The position numbers and the translations under genes were made by a program. 64,000 nucleotides of DNA from NCBI GenBank assembly GCA_021792255.1, contig JAJYUZ010000003.1, forward strand, positions 192,001-256,000, written 5' to 3'. This DNA is from Thermoplasmata archaeon. GTDB lineage: Archaea; Thermoplasmatota; Thermoplasmata; Thermoplasmatales; GCA-001856825. Below are positions 1-9,817 of the stretch, one piece after another. Numbering within the stretch: position 1 is the stretch's first letter; every line of letters starts with the position of its first letter. The notes below the pieces were generated by a model. It made no database searches, was not told where the DNA came from, and saw nothing but the letters and a program-made list of their open reading frames with translations.

Positions 1-816
1 GAAAAGAATCTCAAAGAGAGTATTGATTTCATCACTCCTATTGAGATTGGGGGAGTAAATTCAACTGTACCTTTGGCAGTGGCGGGCATGACGGGTAAAC
101 CCGTAGTTGATGGCGATGGTGAGGGAAGGGCCTTCCCGGAGCTCCAGATGGTCACTTTCCACTTAGGAGATATCCAGGCGTCTCCAGTCGCAATGTTTGA
201 TGAACGCGGAAACAACAACATTGTAATGGCCACGGATAATGTCTGGGCGGAGCGCATAGCTAGATCTGTCACGGTCAGATTTGGTGGGAGCGCGTACGTC
301 GCCCTCTATCACATGAAAGGGATAGACTACAAAAAGTGGGCAGTTCTGAATACCATTACAAAATGCATAGACATAGGCGATGCTATTATGGACGCTAAGA
401 GATCTGGTAGAAATGTTTTTGACGCCCTCCTTGACGAGACAGGAGGGGTTATGATCTTTTCAGGAAAAATCATCGAAGTGAAAAGGGAAGTGGAGAGAGG
501 ATTTGCGAGGGGTTCCACTGTTATAGAAGGCTCTGGGGAATTCAGGAACAAACATATGAGGATAGACTTCCAGAACGAGAACCTTATGGCCAGTATAGAT
601 GGCGAAATCATCACCAGCGTGCCCGATCTCATAACCATCCTAGACAGCGAAACTTCAGTTGCAATAACCACAGAGCACCTAAAATATGGGTTTCGTGTAA
701 ACGTGATGGTAATGAAATGCGACGAGAGATGGAGAACAGCTAAGGGACTGGAGACAGTTGGCCCCAGATACTTTGGGTATGACATAGAATACAGACCGAT
801 GGAGGAATTAATTTGA
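1..816 (+). CDS. DUF917 family protein (5'-truncated by window edge)
   Basis: Frame is open from position 1 (EKNLKESIDFITPIEIGGVNS...); motifs EIGGxNS, DGDGEGRAFPELQM, FQNENL, VPDLI. Confidence 0.85.
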   Translation, partial: EKNLKESIDFITPIEIGGVNSTVPLAVAGMTGKPVVDGDGEGRAFPELQMVTFHLGDIQASPVAMFDERGNNNIVMATDNVWAERIARSVTVRFGGSAYVALYHMKGIDYKKWAVLNTITKCIDIGDAIMDAKRSGRNVFDALLDETGGVMIFSGKIIEVKREVERGFARGSTVIEGSGEFRNKHMRIDFQNENLMASIDGEIITSVPDLITILDSETSVAITTEHLKYGFRVNVMVMKCDERWRTAKGLETVGPRYFGYDIEYRPMEELI

Positions 817-2363
817 AGGTAAGAATTGGGATTGATGTCGGTAGCACAAACACGGATGGGGTGGCCCTTGATGAAAACAACAACGTGCTCACCAAAGAAA
901 AGTTCCAGACTACGGAAGACATTTCCACAGGTCTTTTCAACACCCTTAGAAAGGTCATTCAGAATCTCGGCAATTCGAAAGGATATATTGGAAGTGTAAT
1001 GATTGGAACCACTCATGGATTAAATGCCATTACATCTCGGGTAGGGCTTACAGAGGTTCTAGCGATCAGGATAGGTCTGCCTGCCGGAGAGGGGATTCCT
1101 CCCCTGTCAGATTGGCCAGAGGAACTGAAGGAGGCCATAGGAAACCATATCCTTATGGTAAGGGGAGGACACGAATATACTGGAGAAGAGATAGTTAAAT
1201 TCGACGAAAATGGTCTGAGAAATTACCTTGCAAATTATAGGGGAAAGATTAAGTCTGTTGCCATCACTTCGATCTTTTCGTTCGTAAACCCAGAACACGA
1301 ACTCAAAGCAGAATCCATAGTGAAAGAAGTATTAGGGGAGGAAGTCTTAGTAACACTCTCCAACAAGATCAGCAGTCTCGGTCTACTTGAAAGGGAGAAC
1401 TCTACGATTCTCAACGCAAGCATAAGACCACTAATGATGAGAATTATTGTGTCAATAGAAGAGATACTCAAGAATCTTGAACTGGGAGATGTAAAACTGT
1501 ATTTTGCACAGAATGATGGAACCGTCGCCTCAGAAGACTTTGTGCGGAAATTTCCGATTTTCACCGTAGCAGGACCAATATCAAACAGCATCAGGGGTGC
1601 ATTTGTACTCACAGGAATCGAAAATGCCGTTGTCTTTGATGTAGGGGGTGCCACTACCAACGTGGGGGCACTGACAAACGGTTATCCGAGAGAGTCCAGC
1701 AATCCTGTCATAATAGGGGGTGTCAGGACGAATTTCAGGATGCCTGACATCTTATCCATACCGCTTGCGGGTGGGACTATAGTCAGGGATAAGATAGGAC
1801 CTGATACGCTCGGTTTCAGGTTGACAAAAGAGGCAATATCATTTGGAGGAGATGTATTGACGGCTACAGACATTGCGCTGAACGCGCTGAAGATTGATCT
1901 TCCTGGAGCCGAAAGGTCTAGGGTTTTGAAAAAGTTTGACAATGATTTCATAACAAGTAAATATGTGACGATGAGAAATATGTGGGAAAATTGCCTTGAT
2001 AAGATAAAGACAAAAGCCGGGGATGTCAGGCTTGTGACCGTGGGTGGTGGCGCCTTCATGATACACAGCAAGCTTCGAGGTTCGTCAGACGTGATAAGAC
2101 CGGAAAGTGCACAGTATGCTAATGCAATTGGGGCAGCAACAGCCCTTATTGGTGCAAGGATTGACAGAGCATATTCTTACGAGGCTGTGAAGAGGGAAAA
2201 GGCCATAGAGGAATCAATTGAGCAGGCAAAATCTATCTCTGTAGAGGCGGGGGCAGTACCGTCGACCATAGAAGTGAAGGAAGTGGAAGAGGTGTCTATG
2301 CCTTACCTCCCGGGTAATTCTGTCAAGATATCAGTAAAGGTAGTGGGAAAAATGGCACAATGA
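813..2363 (+). CDS. Hydantoinase/oxoprolinase family protein (HyuA-like, ASKHA fold)
   Basis: IGIDVGSTNTD, IGTTHGLNA, NPEHE, GLLERENSTILNA, DVGGATTNVG; overlaps both flanking DUF917 genes by 4 nt. Confidence 0.88.
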   Translation: MKVRIGIDVGSTNTDGVALDENNNVLTKEKFQTTEDISTGLFNTLRKVIQNLGNSKGYIGSVMIGTTHGLNAITSRVGLTEVLAIRIGLPAGEGIPPLSDWPEELKEAIGNHILMVRGGHEYTGEEIVKFDENGLRNYLANYRGKIKSVAITSIFSFVNPEHELKAESIVKEVLGEEVLVTLSNKISSLGLLERENSTILNASIRPLMMRIIVSIEEILKNLELGDVKLYFAQNDGTVASEDFVRKFPIFTVAGPISNSIRGAFVLTGIENAVVFDVGGATTNVGALTNGYPRESSNPVIIGGVRTNFRMPDILSIPLAGGTIVRDKIGPDTLGFRLTKEAISFGGDVLTATDIALNALKIDLPGAERSRVLKKFDNDFITSKYVTMRNMWENCLDKIKTKAGDVRLVTVGGGAFMIHSKLRGSSDVIRPESAQYANAIGAATALIGARIDRAYSYEAVKREKAIEESIEQAKSISVEAGAVPSTIEVKEVEEVSMPYLPGNSVKISVKVVGKMAQ

Positions 2364-3430
2364 CGTGGAGACTGAGGCACGAAGACATCGACATATTGAC
2401 TCTTGGAAGTTCTCTCCTGGGTTCAGGCGGAGGAGGAAACCCATACATTGGAGGCCTCTTGCTAAAGAAGTCGATGGAGAAATTAGGCATAGATGGGATA
2501 GAAGTTATCGCCCCCGATAGTATTAATGACGATGCTACAATAATCGCTTCTGCAGGGATGGGCTCTCCGACAATTGGATCTGAAAAATTGCCGAATGGTG
2601 AAGAGTATGCCCGGTCGTTGTCGAGACTTGAGAAAGATATGGAAATTGAATTTGAATACGTGACGCCTTCGGAGATTGGAGGGGCCAACTCGGTCGTACC
2701 CTTCATAGCTGCTCTGTTTAGGGGCCTTCCAGTGCTTGATGGCGATGGTGAGGGAAGGGCCTTCCCGGAGCTCCAGATGACGACCTTCAATCTGTACGGT
2801 ATCTCTTCCACTCCAATGTGTCTTGCGGACGAGAGAGGAAACGAACTGATCATCAACTCGGTTGATAATCTCTGGGCAGAAAGCATTGCAAGGTCTGTGA
2901 CCGCACGTTTTGGGGGAAGGGGATACGTGGCCAATTACCCAATGAGTGGAAAGGACTACAAGAAGTCGGCAGTAAAGAATTCAGTGAGTAGAGCAAGAGA
3001 TCTCGGAGAGCTCCTCTCCAGGGGGATGAGGAACAATTCGGTTGAAGATGTGCTGACAAAAGAAGCAGGCGCCAGCGAGCTTTTCGATGGCAAATTGACA
3101 GATCTTGTAAGAGAAAACAATGGTGGTTTTTCCATAGGCTATGCGATTTTCCGGTCGACAGAAGGAGAGAAGACCTCAAGAATTAGATTTCAGAACGAGT
3201 ATCTGTTCTTTGATGAGAAAATCGAAGGAGATATGATAGAGATTGTTACTACTCCCGAGATTATCTGCATACTCGATAGGGAAACATACATGCCAATAAC
3301 AACGGATAGGCTACGATACGGCCAGAGGTGCAAGGTATTTAGTCTTCCAGTTGGCGAAAAGTGGAACCATCCACTTGCGGATGATCTGGTAGGTAGAAGA
3401 GTATTTTCGGTTTTGAAACACTTTCAGTAG
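2360..3430 (+). CDS. DUF917 family protein (second paralog)
   Basis: LGSGGGGNP, GMGSP, EIGGANS, DGDGEGRAFPELQM, FQNEYL. Confidence 0.87.
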   Translation: MTWRLRHEDIDILTLGSSLLGSGGGGNPYIGGLLLKKSMEKLGIDGIEVIAPDSINDDATIIASAGMGSPTIGSEKLPNGEEYARSLSRLEKDMEIEFEYVTPSEIGGANSVVPFIAALFRGLPVLDGDGEGRAFPELQMTTFNLYGISSTPMCLADERGNELIINSVDNLWAESIARSVTARFGGRGYVANYPMSGKDYKKSAVKNSVSRARDLGELLSRGMRNNSVEDVLTKEAGASELFDGKLTDLVRENNGGFSIGYAIFRSTEGEKTSRIRFQNEYLFFDEKIEGDMIEIVTTPEIICILDRETYMPITTDRLRYGQRCKVFSLPVGEKWNHPLADDLVGRRVFSVLKHFQ

Positions 3431-3833
3431 GGTAGACTTACTTGTGCCAAAGAAGGGTGTTCCCCGAAGAGACCCATAGTTCATCCGGAGCAAGGTTTCG
3501 CACTGATTTATCACCACCTGTCTTGGAAACCATAAGTAATCTGTGTTGACCCACAGCTTCGTTTGGAAGATAGTCGGTTAAACATATTCTTTTGGGAAAT
3601 GTTTTCGGTGGGACCCACTTGACCGGTTCTTTAATCAATAATGGCACTTACTGGTGACTCACCATGACCAATTATACAGAAGTGGGGCGACTCTTGACTT
3701 CAATTCGTAACTTCCTTTGTAGCTCCCGCTGGGCTTCGTGACGTCATGACACTTCATCATTATCTTGAGTTGAGATGGAAAATTGGTTTCTCCCTTACAA
3801 GAGGACTAAATAAGGAACTTGATTTTTGACTAC

Positions 3834-4284
3834 ATGAAATTTAAAACAGACGATCGAGGACTAGATTTTGGGGTCTGACTGACAGTGGAGAGAGAATTAC
3901 ACTGAGTGAAAAATTGAAAGAAGGACCAGTCCTCTTGTACTTCTATCCGGAGGATGAAACTCCTGGATGTACTACAGAGACGTGCTCATTCAGAGACAAC
4001 TGGGATGAGATAAAGAAGGTGAGAGCGACTGTGCTGGGAGTGAGCTTTGACTCAGTTGATTCCCATAAGAATTTTAAATCGAACCGGCCCCTACAGTTCA
4101 TCCTCGTTTCTGATGAGAGTAAGGCGATCAGAGAAGCATATGGAGCTACTGGTCTACTGATACCCCACGTATAGCTTTTGTGATAGACAAAGGCGGAACG
4201 ATAAAGGAAGTCTATAGTTCTCAGCTCAATGCGACCAACCACGCTGATGTAGCACTGAAAACATTGAAATCTGTTAGGCAGTAA
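3834..4284 (+). pseudogene. bcp: Peroxiredoxin Bcp/PrxQ with two frameshifts
   Basis: Core LYFYPEDETPGCTTETCSFRD. The N-terminus (ATG 3834, ...DF/GLTDSGERITLS) and the C-terminus (RIAFVIDKGGTIKEVY...VRQ stop 4284) each lie in a different frame; shifts at ~3870 (GGGG) and ~4163 (CCCC). Confidence 0.8.
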
Positions 4285-4347
4285 TTGCCGGGGACTACGT
4301 AGAAAGAATTCAAGAGCGGTGAAGCGACCTGATATAGTAGATCTCAG

Positions 4348-5097
4348 TCATTCTGCGAGCTTTCGTTGCAGGACTGCTCGTTCCAGTTTTATTAGGGCAC
4401 CTGCAGTCTCCCCCTTCTTTTTGGATTGATCGGAAACAGGGTCATTCAGGAATCTCCTAGCCCTCTCCAGGTGAGCCTGTGTCTCCTTCATATCTTTCAT
4501 TGAAAAATACATGTTAGCAAGAGATAATTCCGTCCTTGCATCATCTATAACGTCATCCGGAGATTTTGTCGCGACAGCATACTCGGTTCTTGAGTACCTT
4601 GGGTCTGGAGGCTGACTCGAAACGTACTCCTTCTTCACTTGCTTGAGGTAGTACGAATTCACTATACTAGTTGCCACGATGCTGCTTATAAAGACCACAA
4701 ATATGGCTGCAAAGAAAACGATGTATGAGATGGCTCTGAGGAAATAAGCTGCATAAGAAGCAACGTATCCTATTAGCAGAATTATGGGGCTTAAGTATCT
4801 TAGAACTACGGGAAGCTGAACAATTGGAGGAGCCGTAGGGTTGTTTATGCAGAAAGATATCGTGCCAAGCAGATTGACAGCCTTCTTATCTTTCTTGCAC
4901 TCGGGATTTTGGACTGTAGTAAATGCGTCATTAAGCATCTCTCTTGCTTTCGACGGTGCACCCGACAATTTGTAGAGTTGGGAAAGTTCGAATTGCGTAA
5001 ATCCAATTTTATAATAGTTATGGCCCTGTCTGTTTGCTGCAGTCTCTCTTTTCAACAGTTTCTCAAGCTGAGAAATCCTCCGCTCAGCTGTTGTCAT
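4348..5097 (-). CDS. Hypothetical membrane protein (2 central TM helices, TPR-like helical ends)
   Basis: 249-aa ORF with two hydrophobic stretches flanked by amphipathic helices. Confidence 0.6.
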   Translation of the reverse strand: MTTAERRISQLEKLLKRETAANRQGHNYYKIGFTQFELSQLYKLSGAPSKAREMLNDAFTTVQNPECKKDKKAVNLLGTISFCINNPTAPPIVQLPVVLRYLSPIILLIGYVASYAAYFLRAISYIVFFAAIFVVFISSIVATSIVNSYYLKQVKKEYVSSQPPDPRYSRTEYAVATKSPDDVIDDARTELSLANMYFSMKDMKETQAHLERARRFLNDPVSDQSKKKGETAGALIKLERAVLQRKLAE

Positions 5098-5380
5098 TTA
5101 CACTGAACCTCTTTGCACCTTCCCTTTCGGGAACTGCTGATACTTAATCGAAATTTAACTTAAAAATTTAATGAAAGTATTTTCTTCTTTTGGCATCTCA
5201 AATATAGCAATTTTTTCCTGATACTTCCTCATTCTGGAATGAATTTGGTTTGCAATCAGATAACTACCTGTGAATTCGTCAATGCTCGATACAGTGATAT
5301 GAATAGAAAGTGCTGGACACCCAAGTGATCTGGCATTTGCAAAAACCACCCAGGACCATTGATCTTGTAGAGTGGTAAGA

Positions 5381-6571
5381 TCAAAGCTTGCTCTTTACAA
5401 AATCTATGAAGACCTCTGCATCTCCGAAAACATTGGACAGTTTGGCATACTCATTGGGCATGTGTTCAGTTTCATCAAGAGTGCCCCATACTATTGTGTC
5501 TAGCCCTTTGTTCCTAAAGAATGCTCCGCAGGTCCCTCCACCTATTCCAACTCTGTTGACTTCAATCCCCCTGATCTTCTTGATACTGTTTATGAATTTC
5601 TGAACAAATTCCTTTCCTTCTGGAGTATTGGAAGATGGGTTTGCCCTGTTGATAAATTCAAGCTGAACTTCCACTCCAAATTCCTCCTTAAATTCGTTAG
5701 TCACTTTCTCCACTTCTTTGAAAACTTCATCAATTGAGTATCTCGGAAGAATCCTCATATCGAAATAGAAGCTCTCTTTACCGGGGATGATGTTTATCGA
5801 TGTCGTCCCGGGTTCCACTTTTGTAGGTTCAAACGTGCTCATAGGAACAGTGAATTCTGAATCGGTCGCGTTGAATTTTGAATGGAGATCTTTGTCCAAC
5901 CTCAACTCCAGCTCCCTTGCTAATCTATGGGCGTTCTTTCCAGCATCCGGGGTCGATGCGTGACATTGCTGCCCCACGACGCTTATCTTGAGCCATATCA
6001 ATCCCTTTTCCGCTATCTCCACCGAGTCCCCTTCCGGAGTGCCAAAATCAGGAACTACGAATTTGTCGTTTTTACTGAATTTCTTGTTACGAAGAACGTA
6101 GTCTATACCGAAGGTGCTTCCAGCCTCCTCGTCTGAAACAAATATTACGCCTATGTTGTTCTGCAATTCCTCTGGACACTCCAAGAAGTACTTTAGTGCG
6201 ATCAGGGAAGAAATTCCTCCTTGTCCGTTATCGCACGTCCCTCTTCCATAAATTTTATCTCCATCGATTGTGGCCTGGAAAGGGGGATATTTCCATAGAC
6301 TTAGGTCGCCCTCACTTACTGTGTCCATGTGCGCGACAAACCAAACAGTCTTCTCCTTTCCCTTGTCCAGTAGAAACAGGAGGTTCGGTCTCTTGATTCC
6401 ATCGGATACCGCTACATACTCTTCGAATTTCAAGCCCTTGTTCCAGCTCAGTATCTCCCTCTTAAGGAATTCGGCTCTCTTTTCTTCCCCTCTTCCTCCA
6501 CCGGCAGGGTTAACTGCATTTATTTCAATCATCTTTGAGTACAAGTCTAAGAAGTAGTCCCTATCACTCAT
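5381..6571 (-). CDS. M20 family metallohydrolase (DapE/ArgE-like)
   Basis: AHMDTV, GRGTCDN, SDEEAGS, HASTP, EHMPNE. Confidence 0.9.
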   Translation of the reverse strand: MSDRDYFLDLYSKMIEINAVNPAGGGRGEEKRAEFLKREILSWNKGLKFEEYVAVSDGIKRPNLLFLLDKGKEKTVWFVAHMDTVSEGDLSLWKYPPFQATIDGDKIYGRGTCDNGQGGISSLIALKYFLECPEELQNNIGVIFVSDEEAGSTFGIDYVLRNKKFSKNDKFVVPDFGTPEGDSVEIAEKGLIWLKISVVGQQCHASTPDAGKNAHRLARELELRLDKDLHSKFNATDSEFTVPMSTFEPTKVEPGTTSINIIPGKESFYFDMRILPRYSIDEVFKEVEKVTNEFKEEFGVEVQLEFINRANPSSNTPEGKEFVQKFINSIKKIRGIEVNRVGIGGGTCGAFFRNKGLDTIVWGTLDETEHMPNEYAKLSNVFGDAEVFIDFVKSKL

Positions 6572-6763
6572 GCGAATCGTTCGTTAATTGACTGCAACGA
6601 GATAAGCTTTGATGAGCTACGTTGAGCGCGCTTATGATACTGCTCGCTATCCTTAAATTATCTCTTGAGTAAGTCTGTGGTTCATGAAGCAGTTTACCAT
6701 TACGTAATGAAATAGGAACCGAATTATATTTCGTGACCCTTGATTTTATTGGGGGGCCAAGAG

Positions 6764-8758
6764 ATGTATATTCGCAAAGAAAGGAAAATTATAATTTCTT
6801 TACTGGCAATAATTATCGTACTGGGAAGTTTTGAACTCTTGTTCGATGAGCAGAACACCGTTAATACTGAAGCACAGCATGCGGCTTCAGCGAGCCTGAA
6901 TCTGATACCTTCAACGGATCTTTCTTCTATTTCTCTTAGTTCGGTTCAGACCGGACCGATGAACGCTTTTCCTGGGCAATTGATTAATGAGTCCTACTAT
7001 CTGGGAACAACGGATCCTTCTGCGTCATACTATGAAGTTACTGTCACTCTCAACAATTCATCATATGAAACATTGGATGTATTTCCTACTGGCACAAGCG
7101 CTCTAACTCCTAGCGGGTACTATCTTCTTTTTTCTTTTGAGATGCCAAACGATCAACCCGGTATGTGGTGGACCGTGGGATATCATATTTTACCCGTTAC
7201 GGTTTCTACTATTCAAGAAGGAGAACAGACCATACTAACAACAGAAGGAAGCCAAGTTTGGATGCAGTATTCAACTGAATCCATGGCAGGTAATTACATG
7301 ATTAAGGGTACCGCAAATTTTTCTTTTACAAGCAACTGTACAGAAGTTCAGTTGTATCCGTCTAATCCTCAAGGCACAATAATAGTATCTTCACAAGTAA
7401 ATTATTGGAATTTTGGATCAGGAGTTATTAAAGTTGACTTTTCCCTTTATGAAAATATTGGAAACTCGAATGGGCTCACAACTCCACCATTGGTGTCTGC
7501 CTCAATTGACTATGATGTCCCTTCGTCCTTGGCAACATCTGGGAGTTTGATATCCGGGTCAGATTACAGAATTACTTTGATTCAAGGAAACGGAGCATAT
7601 ATAATGGGAATAACTTCAGGACAAATTGCCGAAATTACTGATGCTATGAACCAGACTCTTTCCATACCTATTTCGCAGTTGAATGCAGCAGTTGTATCAA
7701 TAAACGGAGACGTCGCGACCTTACAAACATCATTCGGAACAATGCTGACAGATCTCAGTTCAATAAACGCTTCTATCTCAACAATAAGATCGGGAGTTGC
7801 TTATCTGAACACTTCCATCGGGCAAGTCAAGACTTCTCTATCATCCATAAACGCTACCATCGTGACCATAAAAGATGACACGATCACCCTAGAAACTTCT
7901 CTAGGGACCATATACACAAATCTTAATGCCGTGAACGCGACTGTTTCAAGCATCAAGAATGATCAGGCTACGATAACTACAGCAATAGGAAATGTTCAGG
8001 TCTCTCTGAGCAGTATCAATGCGATAATTCTTTCTATTGAGAATGGTGAAGCCAGTATAATTACCGACATGGGATTAATTGAAACTTCTCTCTTTAATCT
8101 CAACGCGACCCTCGTCTCTGTAAGTTCGGGAGAGGCCAAAATTTCTACCGATATTGGAGATATAAACACGTCTATCCGTTCGCTGAATGCTTCATTTGAT
8201 GGAATTAGTGGAACGGCAGCGGTAATTCAGACAGATATAGGGATAATAGAGACTTCACTGAACTCAATTAACGCCACTATCTTCTCGATTCACCTAGGAA
8301 TTGTGGGATTGAATACTTCGATCGGTAAAATAGAGGTTTCATTGAAATCTCTAAATGCTTCGATAATTGGACTCTCGGGAGACACGGCTAAAATCATGAC
8401 GATAGCTGGAGAGGTCAACGCATCCTTGAGTGACCTGAATACGACCATTTTTGTTTCAGGAAGCGGCACTTCTTGGTTCAATGACACTTACGCAACTATA
8501 GAAACGTGTTTAGGAAACATAACTGGAACAGTCACAAAGGTCTCTAACGATACCGCGACAATCGAGACCAATCTTGGTGTTGTCACGGCATCTGTGAATA
8601 GCATAAAGACGATGAACGGTCAAGACCTGAGTGGAGATTCTTTTTCCCTTTTCGATATCATTGTCATTGCGTTGTTGGGGGCATTGATTATCATTGCATC
8701 CCTAGCAATGCTAAGCTCCAGAAGCACACTCAAGATAATGGGAGATAGAGTGAAATGA
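6764..8758 (+). CDS. Membrane-anchored surface glycoprotein with 28-aa repeat stalk
   Basis: N-terminal signal/TM after RKERK, Ser/Thr/Asn-rich body, nine 28-aa repeats, C-terminal TM (IIVIALLGALIIIASLAML). Confidence 0.75.
   Translation: MYIRKERKIIISLLAIIIVLGSFELLFDEQNTVNTEAQHAASASLNLIPSTDLSSISLSSVQTGPMNAFPGQLINESYYLGTTDPSASYYEVTVTLNNSSYETLDVFPTGTSALTPSGYYLLFSFEMPNDQPGMWWTVGYHILPVTVSTIQEGEQTILTTEGSQVWMQYSTESMAGNYMIKGTANFSFTSNCTEVQLYPSNPQGTIIVSSQVNYWNFGSGVIKVDFSLYENIGNSNGLTTPPLVSASIDYDVPSSLATSGSLISGSDYRITLIQGNGAYIMGITSGQIAEITDAMNQTLSIPISQLNAAVVSINGDVATLQTSFGTMLTDLSSINASISTIRSGVAYLNTSIGQVKTSLSSINATIVTIKDDTITLETSLGTIYTNLNAVNATVSSIKNDQATITTAIGNVQVSLSSINAIILSIENGEASIITDMGLIETSLFNLNATLVSVSSGEAKISTDIGDINTSIRSLNASFDGISGTAAVIQTDIGIIETSLNSINATIFSIHLGIVGLNTSIGKIEVSLKSLNASIIGLSGDTAKIMTIAGEVNASLSDLNTTIFVSGSGTSWFNDTYATIETCLGNITGTVTKVSNDTATIETNLGVVTASVNSIKTMNGQDLSGDSFSLFDIIVIALLGALIIIASLAMLSSRSTLKIMGDRVK
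7679..8434 (+). repeat. Nine tandem degenerate 84-nt (28-aa) coding repeats
   Basis: Units start LNAA/INAS/INAT/VNAT/INAI/LNAT/LNAS/INAT/LNAS at exact 28-aa spacing; a tenth partial unit (LNTT) starts at 8435. Confidence 0.85.
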
Positions 8759-8944
8759 CGAGAGGAGAGTTTAGAGTTGAAGCTCAACTCAATAATCTTC
8801 TCTTTTTTCACAAAATTAAGAATGTTTAATATCACATAGTCCATTAACAAATTTACCAATGAACTCGCACGCGCCAGAAATAAAGACAGAACTGGAGAGA
8901 TGCGTTGATGCACTTTCTAGAATAGATTACAGGAGGAATGAAAA

Positions 8945-9817
8945 TTGGAACTAATTTCTTTACTTTATGGGATATATCCAAGATCGGAGAATCTTAGACG
9001 TTCTTATGGAAAATGGGAAAAAGGACAATTGAATACCAAGGAAATTTCTGATAAGATACAGGAGGAATCTTCGATTTACTACGAGCTAGTGAAAGAAGCG
9101 GCGTTGAATTACTTCACGGATCCCCTGTTCAACTGGTACGATTTACTTCGTCCGATCGCGCTGTCAGTGGAGGGGATAAGGCTAGGTTCCCTTACTAGAT
9201 ACAAAGAAACGAACACCTTCTACAGGCAACCAGAAATAGATGCTATTGGAAAACTTAGGGAGGTGAAAGGCTTCAAAGAATTAGAGGAGAATCCTCCTTT
9301 CCCGATGTACCACGAACTAGAGAATGAATCATATCTACATTTCCTACCGGGAATCAATTCATTCGTAAGAATGAGCAAGGTCTCTGGAGACTTTTCAAAG
9401 GTCAGAAATGAGCTAAAAGACATCTACCTAAAACTTATAGAAATGCTAAAGATCAAACGTCTACTGATATACGAACCCTTCGAGGCCGAAGATTTTGAGA
9501 TCTACAATGAACTAAAAAGTGTCACTTCCTTATTTCTAGTAATAACTGGAAACAGTGGAAGATTCAGCGCTGATGGAGGAAAAAAATTCTATTCGATAAT
9601 TGGAAATGACCCTTACGCGTACTCTAAATATTGCGAGGTTCCAGGAATAAAAGTTGTCGATGCTCAAAGCACAAAAATTGACGATGGAGTACTGGAGAAG
9701 GTGAAGGCTCTGTCTAGCGATTTTGATAAACTCATAGTCGCAAACACGGAAAGCTTTGATTTTCTACCTAGAATCATAGCTGACAAGAAAGTATTCAGTT
9801 TCAAAGGTGATGCATGA
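8945..9817 (+). CDS. Cobalamin-independent methionine synthase, N-terminal-like subunit (split MetE)
   Basis: GIYPRS, FTDPLFNWYDLLRP, LTRYKETNTFYRQP, FDFLP; overlaps the catalytic half by 4 nt. Confidence 0.75.
   Translation: MELISLLYGIYPRSENLRRSYGKWEKGQLNTKEISDKIQEESSIYYELVKEAALNYFTDPLFNWYDLLRPIALSVEGIRLGSLTRYKETNTFYRQPEIDAIGKLREVKGFKELEENPPFPMYHELENESYLHFLPGINSFVRMSKVSGDFSKVRNELKDIYLKLIEMLKIKRLLIYEPFEAEDFEIYNELKSVTSLFLVITGNSGRFSADGGKKFYSIIGNDPYAYSKYCEVPGIKVVDAQSTKIDDGVLEKVKALSSDFDKLIVANTESFDFLPRIIADKKVFSFKGDA

Noticed and set aside
3438-3760. Short minus-strand ORFs between DUF917 and bcp
   Set aside because: No recognisable motif in any frame; may be decayed sequence but cannot be supported
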